DNA from: Planctomycetota bacterium
GTDB lineage: Bacteria > Planctomycetota > UBA11346
Direction of reading: 5' to 3'
DNA: 64,000 bases
Assembly (NCBI GenBank): GCA_038213805.1
Contig: JBBQSO010000016.1
Span: forward strand, 11,571-75,570
Part shown: piece after piece, positions 29,789 to 40,100 of the stretch
Layout of the letters: the number at the start of each line of letters is the position of its first letter
Position numbering within the stretch: position 1 is the stretch's first letter
Made by a program: the position numbers and the translations under genes
Notes under the pieces: generated by a model
Database searches by the model: none
Seen by the model: the letters and a program-made list of their open reading frames with translations, nothing else
What the model was told of the DNA's origin: nothing

Positions 29789-30139
29789 ATGAGCATGCGC
29801 AATGAAGCCCGCCAAGCGCGGCGCGAAATCGAATCCAACCCCATGGCCCAGGTCAAGGCGCGGAACGCCGTCGCGAAAGTCGATGATCTGCAGCGCGGGC
29901 TCGTCCTGCTCACCCACCGCGTCAAAGTCATGGAGGCACTCCTCGCCCAGGCGGTTGGGCTGCCGCCAGAGAAGCTGCAGGAGATCCTCGACCAGGGCGT
30001 GCGCGAGCTCTCCCGCACCAAGACCATCGACGAACTGGCCAAGGAGACCGTCACCTGCCCCGGGTGCAGCAGGAACGTCCACCGCAGCCTCAAGCATTGC
30101 CAGGTGTGCGGCGCGGCGGTATCCGGGACCCCCGCCTGA
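29789..30139 (+). CDS. Small protein with coiled coil and C-terminal zinc ribbon
   Basis: CPGC-x10-CQVC at the C-terminus. Confidence 0.8.
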   Translation: MSMRNEARQARREIESNPMAQVKARNAVAKVDDLQRGLVLLTHRVKVMEALLAQAVGLPPEKLQEILDQGVRELSRTKTIDELAKETVTCPGCSRNVHRSLKHCQVCGAAVSGTPA

Positions 30140-30199
30140 GTGCAGGTCATGTGGCGAAACAGGTCGACTTGGAGTCGGAACACGATCCGCTCATGACGC

Positions 30200-30637
30200 A
30201 TGTCCGCTGAAACCCCATCCACTTACTTCGTGCAGCTGTGGGCAGCCCGCATCCCCGGCATCCTCGCGTTTGCCGAACACTATTGGCTGGAGATCCGCGA
30301 CGGGTCCGGAGACGAGCGCTGGGAGGTCTGGCAGCGCCCGGATGCCGGTGGCGTCAGCTGGGGTCACCTGCACCGTGACCTGCTGCCGCTTGAAAGCGGC
30401 GTCGGCAACGGACCGGGTCGCCTGGTGGCGCAGTGGGACGGAGACGTTGCGATCAGACTGCGCTCCATCATCACTGCCTCGCCGACCACCTACCCGTGGG
30501 CCGACCGTTACCGGCTGTGGCCCGGCCCCAACAGCAACACCTACGTGCAGTGGGTGCTCGGGCGCGATCACATGCTGGGCTGGCGCGGCTTCGGCAAGCG
30601 ATACGCGTTCAAAAGACCAGGTCGGGCCCGTTCCTGA
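30200..30637 (+). CDS. DUF3750-like protein
   Basis: AEHYW...ERWEVW...YPWADRYRLWPGPNSNTYVQWV. Confidence 0.8.
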   Translation: MSAETPSTYFVQLWAARIPGILAFAEHYWLEIRDGSGDERWEVWQRPDAGGVSWGHLHRDLLPLESGVGNGPGRLVAQWDGDVAIRLRSIITASPTTYPWADRYRLWPGPNSNTYVQWVLGRDHMLGWRGFGKRYAFKRPGRARS

Positions 30638-30809
30638 TCGCAGCTGCGACAGGAAAATGGACAGATCATCGACATCACAGGCGCGAACGGGCCACAGCCA
30701 GACTGCCTCTCCTGCCGGCGGTGATTGCAACCAGACAGCGCACCATCTGACTGCACTCGAATTGGCCCTTTTCCCATGCCGGTCCGACGTAACCTGATTG
30801 CTCATCGGC

Positions 30810-31220
30810 ATGACCCGTGCACTCACATTTCCTTGCCGCACGGCCTGCTTTTTCGCCGGGCTGCTCATGGCTGTCTTTTCGCCATGCTGCCCTGGCGAGG
30901 AAGACCCTTGCACGCGCATCAGGATCAAGGCGGATGTCATGTCCAAGTCGCACCCGCCGAATGGTGATGCGGTGGTGTGGTTCGAGTGCGACCGGTACGA
31001 CGTTCCAGGCGACAATGGCACATGGATCGTGAGCGTCGAGCACGATGGACAGGTCATGAAGACCATCCCCATCTGCGTCGCCGATGGTTTGACCGGCATC
31101 GCACAGATGGCCGGCGGGCTGGATTCCGCGCTGGCGGAACTTCCGGTCGGGATCTACACGCTCCAGGCTGGAAAAGGCACCGCGTTGAGCCGCCCCAAGA
31201 CCATCCGCATCGCTGAATGA
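30810..31220 (+). CDS. Hypothetical secreted or lipoprotein-like protein
   Basis: Hydrophobic N-terminus with Cys residues; beta-rich, ending LPVGIYTLQA. Confidence 0.5.
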   Translation: MTRALTFPCRTACFFAGLLMAVFSPCCPGEEDPCTRIRIKADVMSKSHPPNGDAVVWFECDRYDVPGDNGTWIVSVEHDGQVMKTIPICVADGLTGIAQMAGGLDSALAELPVGIYTLQAGKGTALSRPKTIRIAE

Positions 31221-31247
31221 TCATCCGCAGGGCCGTCGGGCTGCGCC

Positions 31248-32060
31248 TCACTCCACCGCATCGCACCCCCGCCACGACCGCCCCGGCACAAGCCGCTGCA
31301 GCCTGCCTGTATCGATCCAGCGCGCCGGCGTCGGCGCACCATCGCCGACCAGTGTCGCCGTGACCCCAGCCAGACGCGCCTGCAATTCGTAGTATCCGCG
31401 CACCGTCATGCGCCCCGGCGCCGCGGCATTGAGCACGCCGCGCCCGAGCCCGCCCTCGAGCGCGAGCACGCACAGTTCGGCGAGGTCATCCTCGTGCAAC
31501 CAGCTGAACGGCCGCTCCACATCCCCCTTCACCACGCACGCCTCGCCGGCCGCAGCCGCGGCCGCCACGCGCCCGCGCGCGTGCGTGCGCGTCGGGCCGA
31601 CCAGGGCGGTGGCGCGCAGCACCAGTGAGTCGGCCTGGGCGAGCACCGTTTCTTCGATGGCGAGCAGGGCAGCGGTCGACGGGTCGCCGCGATCGACCGC
31701 ACCGTCCTCATCGACGCCTCCGCCCGCCGCGTCCGCGTAGACCGAGGTGGTGCCGGTGTACACCAGGCGCGCCGCGGGGTGGTGCGCGGTCACCGCCTGC
31801 GCGGCCTGGACCAGGCCGTTATCGCCACCGCGGCGCACCCCGGGATTGGCGGACAGCAGCACCGCATCGACGCGCGGCAGCGCGCTGGCCAAGGCGACGT
31901 GCAGGGTGGGATCGGAGATGTCGCCCGAGACCACGGTGAAGGTGGCGGTCGACTGCGGATGGGGGCGACGACGCACGCCCAGCACGGTGTGTCCAGCCGC
32001 CGTCAGCAGGTCGCCGGCGCGCGCGCCGATCTCGCCGCAGCCCAGGATCAGGATGTTCAT
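31248..32060 (-). CDS. NAD-dependent epimerase/dehydratase, atypical SDR (YeeZ-like)
   Basis: ILILGCGEIG, YTGTTSVY, SWLHEDDLA. Confidence 0.88.
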   Translation of the reverse strand: MNILILGCGEIGARAGDLLTAAGHTVLGVRRRPHPQSTATFTVVSGDISDPTLHVALASALPRVDAVLLSANPGVRRGGDNGLVQAAQAVTAHHPAARLVYTGTTSVYADAAGGGVDEDGAVDRGDPSTAALLAIEETVLAQADSLVLRATALVGPTRTHARGRVAAAAAAGEACVVKGDVERPFSWLHEDDLAELCVLALEGGLGRGVLNAAAPGRMTVRGYYELQARLAGVTATLVGDGAPTPARWIDTGRLQRLVPGRSWRGCDAVE

Positions 32061-33016
32061 ACCGTGCTCTCGTCGTGGTGGGCGGCGCCGGCGCCCGCGG
32101 TCAAGAGATCATGCGCGGCATCGCGCCGCCGCTTCTCGCGCTTCAACTCGGCGATGATCACCGCGCTGACGATCACCAGCAGCCACCAGGAGGTCAGTTT
32201 CTGGAAGTAGACCGGCGCCCAGCCGTGGTGCTGGTTGGGATAGCGCCAGGCGCCAAGGAAGGTCGAGATGTTCTCGGCGAACCAGATGAACAGGCCGACC
32301 AGCAGGAAGCCGCTGGTCACCGGCATCCAGCGCCGCGGGCCGTTGCAGACGAACGTCACGCGCGCGCGGCGGAAGACCACGGCCACCGCAAGGAACAGCA
32401 GCAGACGCTGGTCGGGCAGGAAGTGGTTCGCGAAGAAATTGCCATAGATGCCAAGCGCCAGGGCGACGCACAGCGGACGCGCCGGCCAGCCGGTGAAGAC
32501 CAGCTGCAGGCGGCGCCACGCCTGGCAGATGTAGCTGGCCACCGCCGCATACATGAAGCCGCCGAAGAGCGGCACACCGCCGACCTTGGTCCACGCCTCG
32601 CCCGGGTAGGACCACGAGCCGTAGTGGACCTTCCACAGCTCCAGCGCCAGACCAAGCAGGTGGAACACGCAGATGACCTTGAGTTCGTCGCGGCTTTCGA
32701 TGCGCGCCGCGATCATCCAGGCCTGCATCCCCAGGCAGAGCAGCAGGAGCAGGTCGTAGCGGGGCAGCCCCGGCACTGCAAAATAGTGCGTGGCGCCGAG
32801 CATGGCGAAGATGAACACCGCGAAGAGGCAGGACAGCGCCTCGTGCCAGGCAAAGGCGAGCAGTTCGGTGGCGGCACGCAGCAGCAGCGGACGCCGCGCG
32901 TCGCGCCGCAGCAGCGGGGGCAGCCACGTGCCGGCTGCGTCTGGCGCCGGCATGGGCAGGGTCGCCGCGGCGGTGTCGTATGCGGGTTCCACAACCGGGC
33001 CCCCGTCGGCTTTCAC
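32057..33016 (-). CDS. DUF817 (YoaT-like) membrane protein
   Basis: RYDLLL, ELKVICVFHLLG, GSWSYPG, GVPLFGGFMYAAV, FIWFAENISTF. GTG start overlaps the HD gene stop. Confidence 0.85.
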   Translation of the reverse strand: MKADGGPVVEPAYDTAAATLPMPAPDAAGTWLPPLLRRDARRPLLLRAATELLAFAWHEALSCLFAVFIFAMLGATHYFAVPGLPRYDLLLLLCLGMQAWMIAARIESRDELKVICVFHLLGLALELWKVHYGSWSYPGEAWTKVGGVPLFGGFMYAAVASYICQAWRRLQLVFTGWPARPLCVALALGIYGNFFANHFLPDQRLLLFLAVAVVFRRARVTFVCNGPRRWMPVTSGFLLVGLFIWFAENISTFLGAWRYPNQHHGWAPVYFQKLTSWWLLVIVSAVIIAELKREKRRRDAAHDLLTAGAGAAHHDESTV

Positions 33017-34347
33017 CACGCGCGCAGCTTTTCCATCACCTGCGCCGCCTTCGCCGCGTCGCCGCGCAGCACGTAGGTGTGGCGCAGGTCGATGGGCTTA
33101 TTGAAACTGGCGAGCAGTTCCGAGTGGTTGGTGACCGCCTCGATGATCGGCCGGCCCAGCACGCGCCGCTCGCAGAGCAGGCGCCGGCCGCCGCCGGGAG
33201 TGGTTGGGGCGCTGCCCGCACCAGCCAGCGACGAGAACACCTGGCGCGAGTGGCGGGTGAAGACGTGGCAACCGGCGGCGCGCAGCGCGCCGACCAACTC
33301 TTGGGCGAGGAAGTTCTCCTGGGCCTCGGCGCCGACGCGCTCGCGCAGCACCAGCTTGGCGGGCTCACGGTCGAGGATGCGGCGACTCCAGGGGCTGCCG
33401 GCGCTGCGCGCGGCGTGCAGGCGGCTGTGCACGATGTCGTCGCGCAGCTCGACCAGGTCGGGCAGGCCGCGCGCCAGCGACAGGTCGATCTCCTGCTCGG
33501 CGATGGCGTGGCCCAGGTAGTACTCGAAAGCCGGTGGGGTCTTGTGGAAGTAGACCTGCAAAAACATGTGGTAGCGCGCCAGCAGCAGGCCCTCGAGCGC
33601 GTGCACACCGTGCACGTCGAGGCCAAGCTCGGGACCGTCGGGGCCGTCCAGCACGGTCTCGCAGGCGATCAGGCGTTGCAGGTCGTAGATGCCATAGGTG
33701 ACGCCGGAAAAATGCGAGTCGCGCAGCAGGTAGTCGCAGCGGTCGGCGTCGATCTCGCCGCTGACCAGCGCGCGCAGGATGCCGACCAGGGTGCCGAGTC
33801 CGGCGAGGCGCTGGCTGCGGCGCACCTCCTTCGACAGTACCGCGGCGATGTCGCGGGCCAGGTCCTCGTCGAGCACGCCCTCGCCGACCAGGCCGTGGAT
33901 GATCGCCAGCGAGCAGTCCTCGTGGGTGGCCTGGCGTCCTGCCGGCACCATGCCCTGGCGGTACCAGGCGGCGGGCAGGGCGAAGAGTTCGACCGCGGGC
34001 AGGAATTCCTCGGCGGTGTGGCTGAAGGGCGCATGGCCGGCGTCGTGCAACAGGCCGGCGAAGCGCGCGACGCGGTAGGCGTAGTTCAGGTCAGCCGCGG
34101 CGAAGCCGGCCAGCCCCTTGGGGCGCGCAGCGACCAGGCGGCTGAAGCGCTCGCCGGCCAGGTGCATGACGCCAAGCGAATGCTGGAAGCGGTCATGCAC
34201 CGCGCCGGGATAGACCAGATTGACGAAGCCGAGCTGGCGGATGTGGCGCAAGCGCTGCACCCACGGATGGTCGAGCACGCGCCGCTCATCCTCGGTGATG
34301 ATGATGGTGCGATGGATCGGATCGCGGATCTCGTAGGTGTCGGCCAT
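33013..34347 (-). CDS. HD-domain phosphohydrolase, dNTP triphosphohydrolase-like
   Basis: RDPIH, QRLRHIRQLG, RFQHSLG, LLHDAGHAPFSH, DADRCDYLLRD, VYFHK. Confidence 0.92.
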   Translation of the reverse strand: MADTYEIRDPIHRTIIITEDERRVLDHPWVQRLRHIRQLGFVNLVYPGAVHDRFQHSLGVMHLAGERFSRLVAARPKGLAGFAAADLNYAYRVARFAGLLHDAGHAPFSHTAEEFLPAVELFALPAAWYRQGMVPAGRQATHEDCSLAIIHGLVGEGVLDEDLARDIAAVLSKEVRRSQRLAGLGTLVGILRALVSGEIDADRCDYLLRDSHFSGVTYGIYDLQRLIACETVLDGPDGPELGLDVHGVHALEGLLLARYHMFLQVYFHKTPPAFEYYLGHAIAEQEIDLSLARGLPDLVELRDDIVHSRLHAARSAGSPWSRRILDREPAKLVLRERVGAEAQENFLAQELVGALRAAGCHVFTRHSRQVFSSLAGAGSAPTTPGGGRRLLCERRVLGRPIIEAVTNHSELLASFNKPIDLRHTYVLRGDAAKAAQVMEKLRAW

Positions 34348-34439
34348 GGCGCAGCGGCTCGGGAGTGTGCGCGGGCGGGGGGAAACTCACGCGCGTTTTA
34401 TGGGTTCATGAGAACCTATGAGTGGTGGCGAGGGTGGCA

Positions 34440-34551
34440 ATGGCTGATGGCTGATGGCTGATGGCTGACAGCCAAGGTGATCCTCGCGTAGGTAACGCTG
34501 CTGCATTGCTTCAACCAACGAGCTTGAGAGACGATCCGTCAGCCGTCAGCC
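34440..34551. repeat. Heptamer array (ATGGCTG) x4 with short inverted arm
   Basis: Left arm 34440-34467; ccgtcagccgtcagcc at 34536-34551. Confidence 0.88.
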
Positions 34552-34751
34552 TCCCGGCCCGCTCCCAATCCCGCCATTCCAACGCTCCGCCGCCAATTCC
34601 ATTCATTATTTGCATCGACTATTTCCAACGCATGCACCGGGCAGCGTATAACAGGCAACCTCTGTTTGACTTCTCCATCGCTTCTTCACACCCTTTCCAA
34701 CCGCCCTTCTTACGCGCCCAGCCGCGTCCCTCGTCCTTCCCAGGAATCCCC

Positions 34752-36350
34752 ATGGCACAGATCCTCGTCACCGACGGCATGGCTCCCGAAGGCCTCGAAC
34801 TGCTCAAGCAGGCGGGCCACACTGTCGACAACCGCAAGATCTCGGTCGATGAGCTGCTGCGCATCATCGGCACGTATGACGGCCTGGTGGTGCGTTCGGC
34901 GACGCAGGTCACCGACGCCGTGCTCAAGGCCGGTGCCCCGCGCCTGAAGATCGTCGGCCGCGCCGGCGTGGGCGTCGACAACGTCGACCTGCCCAATGCC
35001 ACCGCCGGCGGCGTGATCGTGATGAACGCGCCCCTGGGCAACATCACTTCGGCCGCCGAGCACACCATCGGCCTGATCTTCGCCGCCGCGCGCTTCATCC
35101 CGCAGGCGCACGCCAAGCTCGCCAAGGGCGAGTGGGACAAGAAGTCGTTCACCGGCGTCGAGATCGAAGGCAAGGTCCTGGGCATCGTCGGCCTGGGCAA
35201 GATCGGCAAGCACGTCGCGCAGGTGCTGCAGGCCGCCGGCGCCGAGGTCATCGCCTTCGACCCGTTCCTGAGCCCCGAGGTGGCCAAGGAGCTGCGCATC
35301 GAGTCGGTGACCCTTGAGCAGCTGCTGGCGCGCGCCGACTTCATCACCCTGCACACGCCGCTGACCGACCAGACCCGCAACCTGATCAACGCCGATCGCC
35401 TCAAGCTGATGAAGAAGACCGCGCGCATCGTCAACGTCGCGCGCGGCGGCATCATCGATGAGGTCGCGCTGGCCGCTGCGCTCAAGGCCGGCACCATCGC
35501 CGGCGCCGCCATCGACGTGTTCGCCGAAGAGCCGCTGCCCGCCACCAGCCCCCTCATCGAACATACCAAGACCGGCGCGCAGAACCTGATTCTGACCCCG
35601 CACCTGGGCGCCAGCACGGAAGAGGCGCAGGTCAAAGTTTCGGTCGACATCGCCAACCAGTTCAACGCCTTCTTCCTGAGCGGGAAGATCATCAACGCCG
35701 TCAACGTGCAGCTGCGCGTCGACCCGGCGATCGACGGCTACCTGGCCGCCGCCGAGGCGCTCGGTGCCGCAGTGGTGCAGACCCTCGACGAGCCGCTCAA
35801 GGGCCTGGAGGTGACCGCGCGCGGTGATCTCGCCAAGTACGACACCAAGCCCCTGGCCACGGCCGCGCTCAAGGGCGCGCTGGCCAAGATCAGCGCCGAG
35901 GTGGTCAACTTCGTCACCGTCGCCAAGATCGCCGCCGAGCGCGGCATCACCCTGGTCAGCGCGTCCAGCGAGCAGACCATGGGCGGCAAAGGCGGCCCGA
36001 TCGAGCAGCTCACCATCAAGGCGATCACCGCCAAGGGCGAGCACCTGATCGGCGGCAGCCTGATCGGCGGCGTGCTGCGCGTGCTGCGCTATAACGAATA
36101 CCCGATCGACCTGCCGATCGGCGGTCATCTGCTGGTCATGGAGTACCCGGACCGCCCGGGCATGGTCGGCAAGTACGGCAGCATCCTGGGCGAGAACCGC
36201 ATCAACATCGCTCGCATGGAAGTCAGCCGCATCGACGGCCGTGGCGACGCGCTGGTGATCCTGACCCTCGACGATCCGGTGCCGGTCGCCGTGCTGGAGC
36301 AAATCAAGCAGGTGGTGCGGCCGACGAAGGCGTACAAAGTTTCGCTGTGA
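34752..36350 (+). CDS. serA: D-3-phosphoglycerate dehydrogenase with ASB and ACT domains
   Basis: VRSAT, GRAGVGVDN, GLGKIG, NVARGG, TPHLGASTEEAQ, DRPGMVG. Confidence 0.96.
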   Translation: MAQILVTDGMAPEGLELLKQAGHTVDNRKISVDELLRIIGTYDGLVVRSATQVTDAVLKAGAPRLKIVGRAGVGVDNVDLPNATAGGVIVMNAPLGNITSAAEHTIGLIFAAARFIPQAHAKLAKGEWDKKSFTGVEIEGKVLGIVGLGKIGKHVAQVLQAAGAEVIAFDPFLSPEVAKELRIESVTLEQLLARADFITLHTPLTDQTRNLINADRLKLMKKTARIVNVARGGIIDEVALAAALKAGTIAGAAIDVFAEEPLPATSPLIEHTKTGAQNLILTPHLGASTEEAQVKVSVDIANQFNAFFLSGKIINAVNVQLRVDPAIDGYLAAAEALGAAVVQTLDEPLKGLEVTARGDLAKYDTKPLATAALKGALAKISAEVVNFVTVAKIAAERGITLVSASSEQTMGGKGGPIEQLTIKAITAKGEHLIGGSLIGGVLRVLRYNEYPIDLPIGGHLLVMEYPDRPGMVGKYGSILGENRINIARMEVSRIDGRGDALVILTLDDPVPVAVLEQIKQVVRPTKAYKVSL

Positions 36351-36422
36351 TGGGTGCGGGCGTTGGCTGAGGGCCATCCCAATGCCGATTTCCCTGCCGC
36401 GCCGCCCCCTGTAGGCAAGGCC

Positions 36423-36992
36423 ATGCGCACTGCCCGTCCGCCCGCCACGACCAGCCGCACGCGCGCGACCACCACGGCCGCCCCGCTGCGCATCACCCTC
36501 GCCGACGCCAGTCTGCCCACCCTCGGCCGCGTGCGCCTGGCGACCACTGAGACCGGGATTTGCGCCCTGGCCATGCCCGACTGGAACGACCACCAGCTCG
36601 GTCTCGAGCCGTGGACGCGCGCCGGCGCGACCTGCGCCACGGGGCGCCACCCGCACCTCGATCTGGCATTCGCCGAGCTGCGCGGCTACGTCGCGGGCAC
36701 CGTGACGTCGTTCACCGTGCCGGTGGACCTGTCGCGGATGACGCCGTTCTTCCTGCGCGTCCTGACCGAGCTGCAGCGCGTCGCGCACGGCGCCGTGCTG
36801 ACCTACGGCCAGCTCGCTGATCTCGCCGGCAGCCCGCGTGCCGCCCGCGCCGTCGGCCAGGCGGTCGGCCGCAACCCGGTGGCGGTGATCGTACCGTGCC
36901 ACCGCGTGCTCGCCGGCAACGGCATCGGCGGGTTCGGGTTGGGGTTGGAGGCGAAGCGGATGCTGCTGGGGCTCGAAGGGATCGAGGCCTAG
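36423..36992 (+). CDS. ogt: Methylated-DNA--protein-cysteine methyltransferase
   Basis: TYGQLA, AARAVGQA, NPV...PCHRV active site. Confidence 0.93.
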   Translation: MRTARPPATTSRTRATTTAAPLRITLADASLPTLGRVRLATTETGICALAMPDWNDHQLGLEPWTRAGATCATGRHPHLDLAFAELRGYVAGTVTSFTVPVDLSRMTPFFLRVLTELQRVAHGAVLTYGQLADLAGSPRAARAVGQAVGRNPVAVIVPCHRVLAGNGIGGFGLGLEAKRMLLGLEGIEA

Positions 36993-37173
36993 CCGAGGGC
37001 GATCCGGGTTTTTACCCAGACCCGCGTCAAGGCTCGAATGCCGTAGTGACTGCGCGCCAAAGCCCGTCCACGCACGGGGATGGCAAGATGCCACGGAACA
37101 CCCGGCACAGCCTCCACATTCCAATTGAGTCCCTGTGCGCAGGCTGATCATAGCCGCCTTCCCCGGAGTCATC

Positions 37174-40100
37174 ATGGGCATGAGCATCTTCGCCGGCATC
37201 GTCGGCCGTTTCCGCAGCTTCCTGGTCGCGCCGGGGGAATCAGGCAGGCGGTGGGGTCGCGCGCTCCTGACGTGCACGCTCCTTCTGGGGGCCGCCATCC
37301 AGGTGCAGGCGGCAGAAACCAGCCCCCTGCTGAAGCTTCCCGCCCGGTTGCGCGAGACCCTCGCCGATCCCGCGACTCAGACCACCGGCATCGGCCGCAC
37401 TCTCCGGTCGCAGGTGAAAGCCACCGGGCACGACGACACCATCTTCCTGCAACTCGACGTCATCGTGAATGACGCGAATCTCGCCGCCATCAGCGCCACC
37501 GGCGCATCCGTCACCAGCACCAGCGTGCGCTGGAATGCGGTTTCCGTCGAAGCGACGGCAGACCAGATCGTCGCCCTCGCGAACCTCCCGGCAGTTGCTG
37601 CCGTCAAGGTTCCGCGCTCGCCGTTCCATCGCGCCCAGCCCGGCACGGTGGTCAACCAAGCGGGGGCGGTGATCCATGCCGATGACCTGACCACCACCAG
37701 CAACATCACCGGCATCGGCCAGACGGTCGGCATCATCTCGGATTCCATCAATTTCACGACCGCGGTCGGAACTGGCACCACCACGGGCAGCATCGCGCCG
37801 TTCACTCTCACGGGGACCCTGCCGCAGAGTCGCGGCGATCTGCCTGCCTCCATCCAAATCGTCGAATTCGGTACGAATTCCGTCAGGGACCCCGCTACGG
37901 ATGAAGGCGAGGCGATGATGGAAGAGTGCTTCAAGCTTGCGCCGGGTGCCACGTATGCGTTCGGCTCGTGCAACAAGGCCGGGCATGATCCCAGTCAGCA
38001 GAACATGGCCGACACCATCGCGGACCTGGCCAGCAAATCGCATTGCACCATCATGGCAGACGATATTGGCTTCTTCGATGAGCCGATGTTCCAGGATGGT
38101 CCAATCGCCCAGGCCGCCAACACTTTCGTGCAGAATGGCGGCATCTATCTGTCGGCCTACGGCAATGACGGCGTGCAAGGGATCCAGACAGGCTACCTGG
38201 ATGTCAGCACCACGGTCGACCCACATACCGGCTATCCCCTAAGCACCGGCTTCTTCCCGACCGGTAACGACTTCCACGACTGGGGCATCGGCGGCGCCAC
38301 GCCGGGATTCCTGCCGCTCGACATCACCGGTCCTTTCACCATCACCCTCGAGTGGAACCAGCCCTTCCACAGCTTCGGACTCGGAGCAGGGTCACAGAGC
38401 AATTACGACATGTATCTGTTCACCAATCCGGTCGCATCCAAGGATAATCTCGTCGATGCCATCACCCCCGGCCTCAATGCCTCTCAGAGTTTCACGGTCA
38501 GCATGGAAAACCAGGGCACGATCGGTAGTCCAGCCGGCGATCCCCTCGAAATCATCCAGTTTCAAATTGCGGGCGGCGGTCCACACCACGTGTTCCTCGC
38601 GATCGACAAGGTCGGCGGCGCATCGGGAGACCTGCTGCGGGTCGTGATCCATTGCAATACGCTGGCCTTTCCGAGCGGTGGCGCCGGCGTGCAGGCGATG
38701 ACGGGCTTTGGGCATCCCACCGCCGCGGGTGTACTCGGCATCGCTGCTGCACGATTCAGCACCCCGAACGTGCCCGAGTCTTTCACCTCCAAAGGTGGCA
38801 TTGGCGGCGCCGGCGTCCCGTTCTTCTTCAACACGACCGGTGGGGCCCTGGCTGGCGCGCCGCAGCTGCGTGACAAGCCGGAACTGACTGCACCGGATGG
38901 CGTCGCGACCTCAAACAGCGGATTCAATCCGTTCTTCGGCACGTCCGCAGCGGTGCCCAACGCGACCGCCGCCGCGGCGTTGACCTGGTCCGCAAATCCC
39001 ACGCTGACCAACGCCCAGGTGACGGCGCGCATGATCGCCACGGCCAAAGATATTGACGGTGGCGCCGCCTCCACCGGCAATGACGCGATCTCCGGCCACG
39101 GCATGGTCGAAGCCCAGCGTTCCGCCGGCGTGCCGGTCACGAACATCACCGCCACGCCAAGCACTGGCCTAGTCGAAGCTGGGAACATCGACATCAGCGT
39201 CACCTTCGCCTTCCCAGTGACGGCCACCGGGACTCCACGGCTCGCGCTGAACACCACGCCAGCCCGGTTCGCCACCTTCCTGTCCGGAAGCGGCACCACT
39301 GCCCTGGTCTTCCGCTACACCATCACCACCGGCGATGCCAGCACGCATCTCGATCTCGCCAACGCCAACGCCCTGACCTTCAATGGCGGTACCATGACCG
39401 CGACCAGCACCGGGGTGACCTTCACCGCTGGCGACCCGATCATGCTGCTGCTACCGACGCCTGGAGCGACCAACTCGCTGGGCGCCAACACCACGATCGA
39501 CGTCGATACCACCGGACCGGTCGCCACCATCGTCGGCAACCCGGCCACCAAGCAGACCTCGGACCTGACCTTTGACGTGACCTTCGCGCAGGCGGTTACC
39601 GGCCTGGGCACCGGTAGCTTCACCGTCACCAACGGCACGGTCACATCCGTCACCGGTTCGGGCGCGAGCTATGTCGCGCACGTGACGGCGACCGCGCCCG
39701 GCACGGTGACGCTCAGCATCGCTGCCAACACGGTGTTCGATGCGGGCAGCCTCGGCAACCACGCTGCGAGCGGCACGGCGACCTTCGATATCGTCGCACC
39801 GACCCTGGTCATCACCCCGACCCTGAACAGCGTGGTGACGACAACCAGCGTGTCGGTGACGTTCACCTTCAGCGAGGCGGTAACCGGCTTCGCCGTGGGC
39901 GACATCACCATCACCAACGGCACGGCAGGGGCGCTCACCGGCAGCGGCGCGGTCTACCACATGCCGGTGACCGCCGGCTCGCCCGGCCCGCTGACCATCA
40001 CCGTGCTGGGTGGCACCGTCACCGATCTCGCCAACAACGCCTCGACCACCGATGCCACGGCGACGGTCACGGTCACCGAGGTCCCGGCTTCCTCGGTGCA

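Noticed and set aside
29652..29792. Small leader ORF overlapping the start of the zinc-ribbon gene
   Set aside because: No RBS or informative composition; the overlap could be chance.
29530..31250. Integron cassette array among the small genes
   Set aside because: No convincing attC (RYYYAAC...GTTRRRY with paired boxes) and no integrase were seen.
34710..37298. Long antisense or alternate-frame ORFs (also 17214..19583, 49628..51919, 57870..59996 and others)
   Set aside because: These are high-GC shadow ORFs overlapping well-supported genes, with no recognisable motifs.
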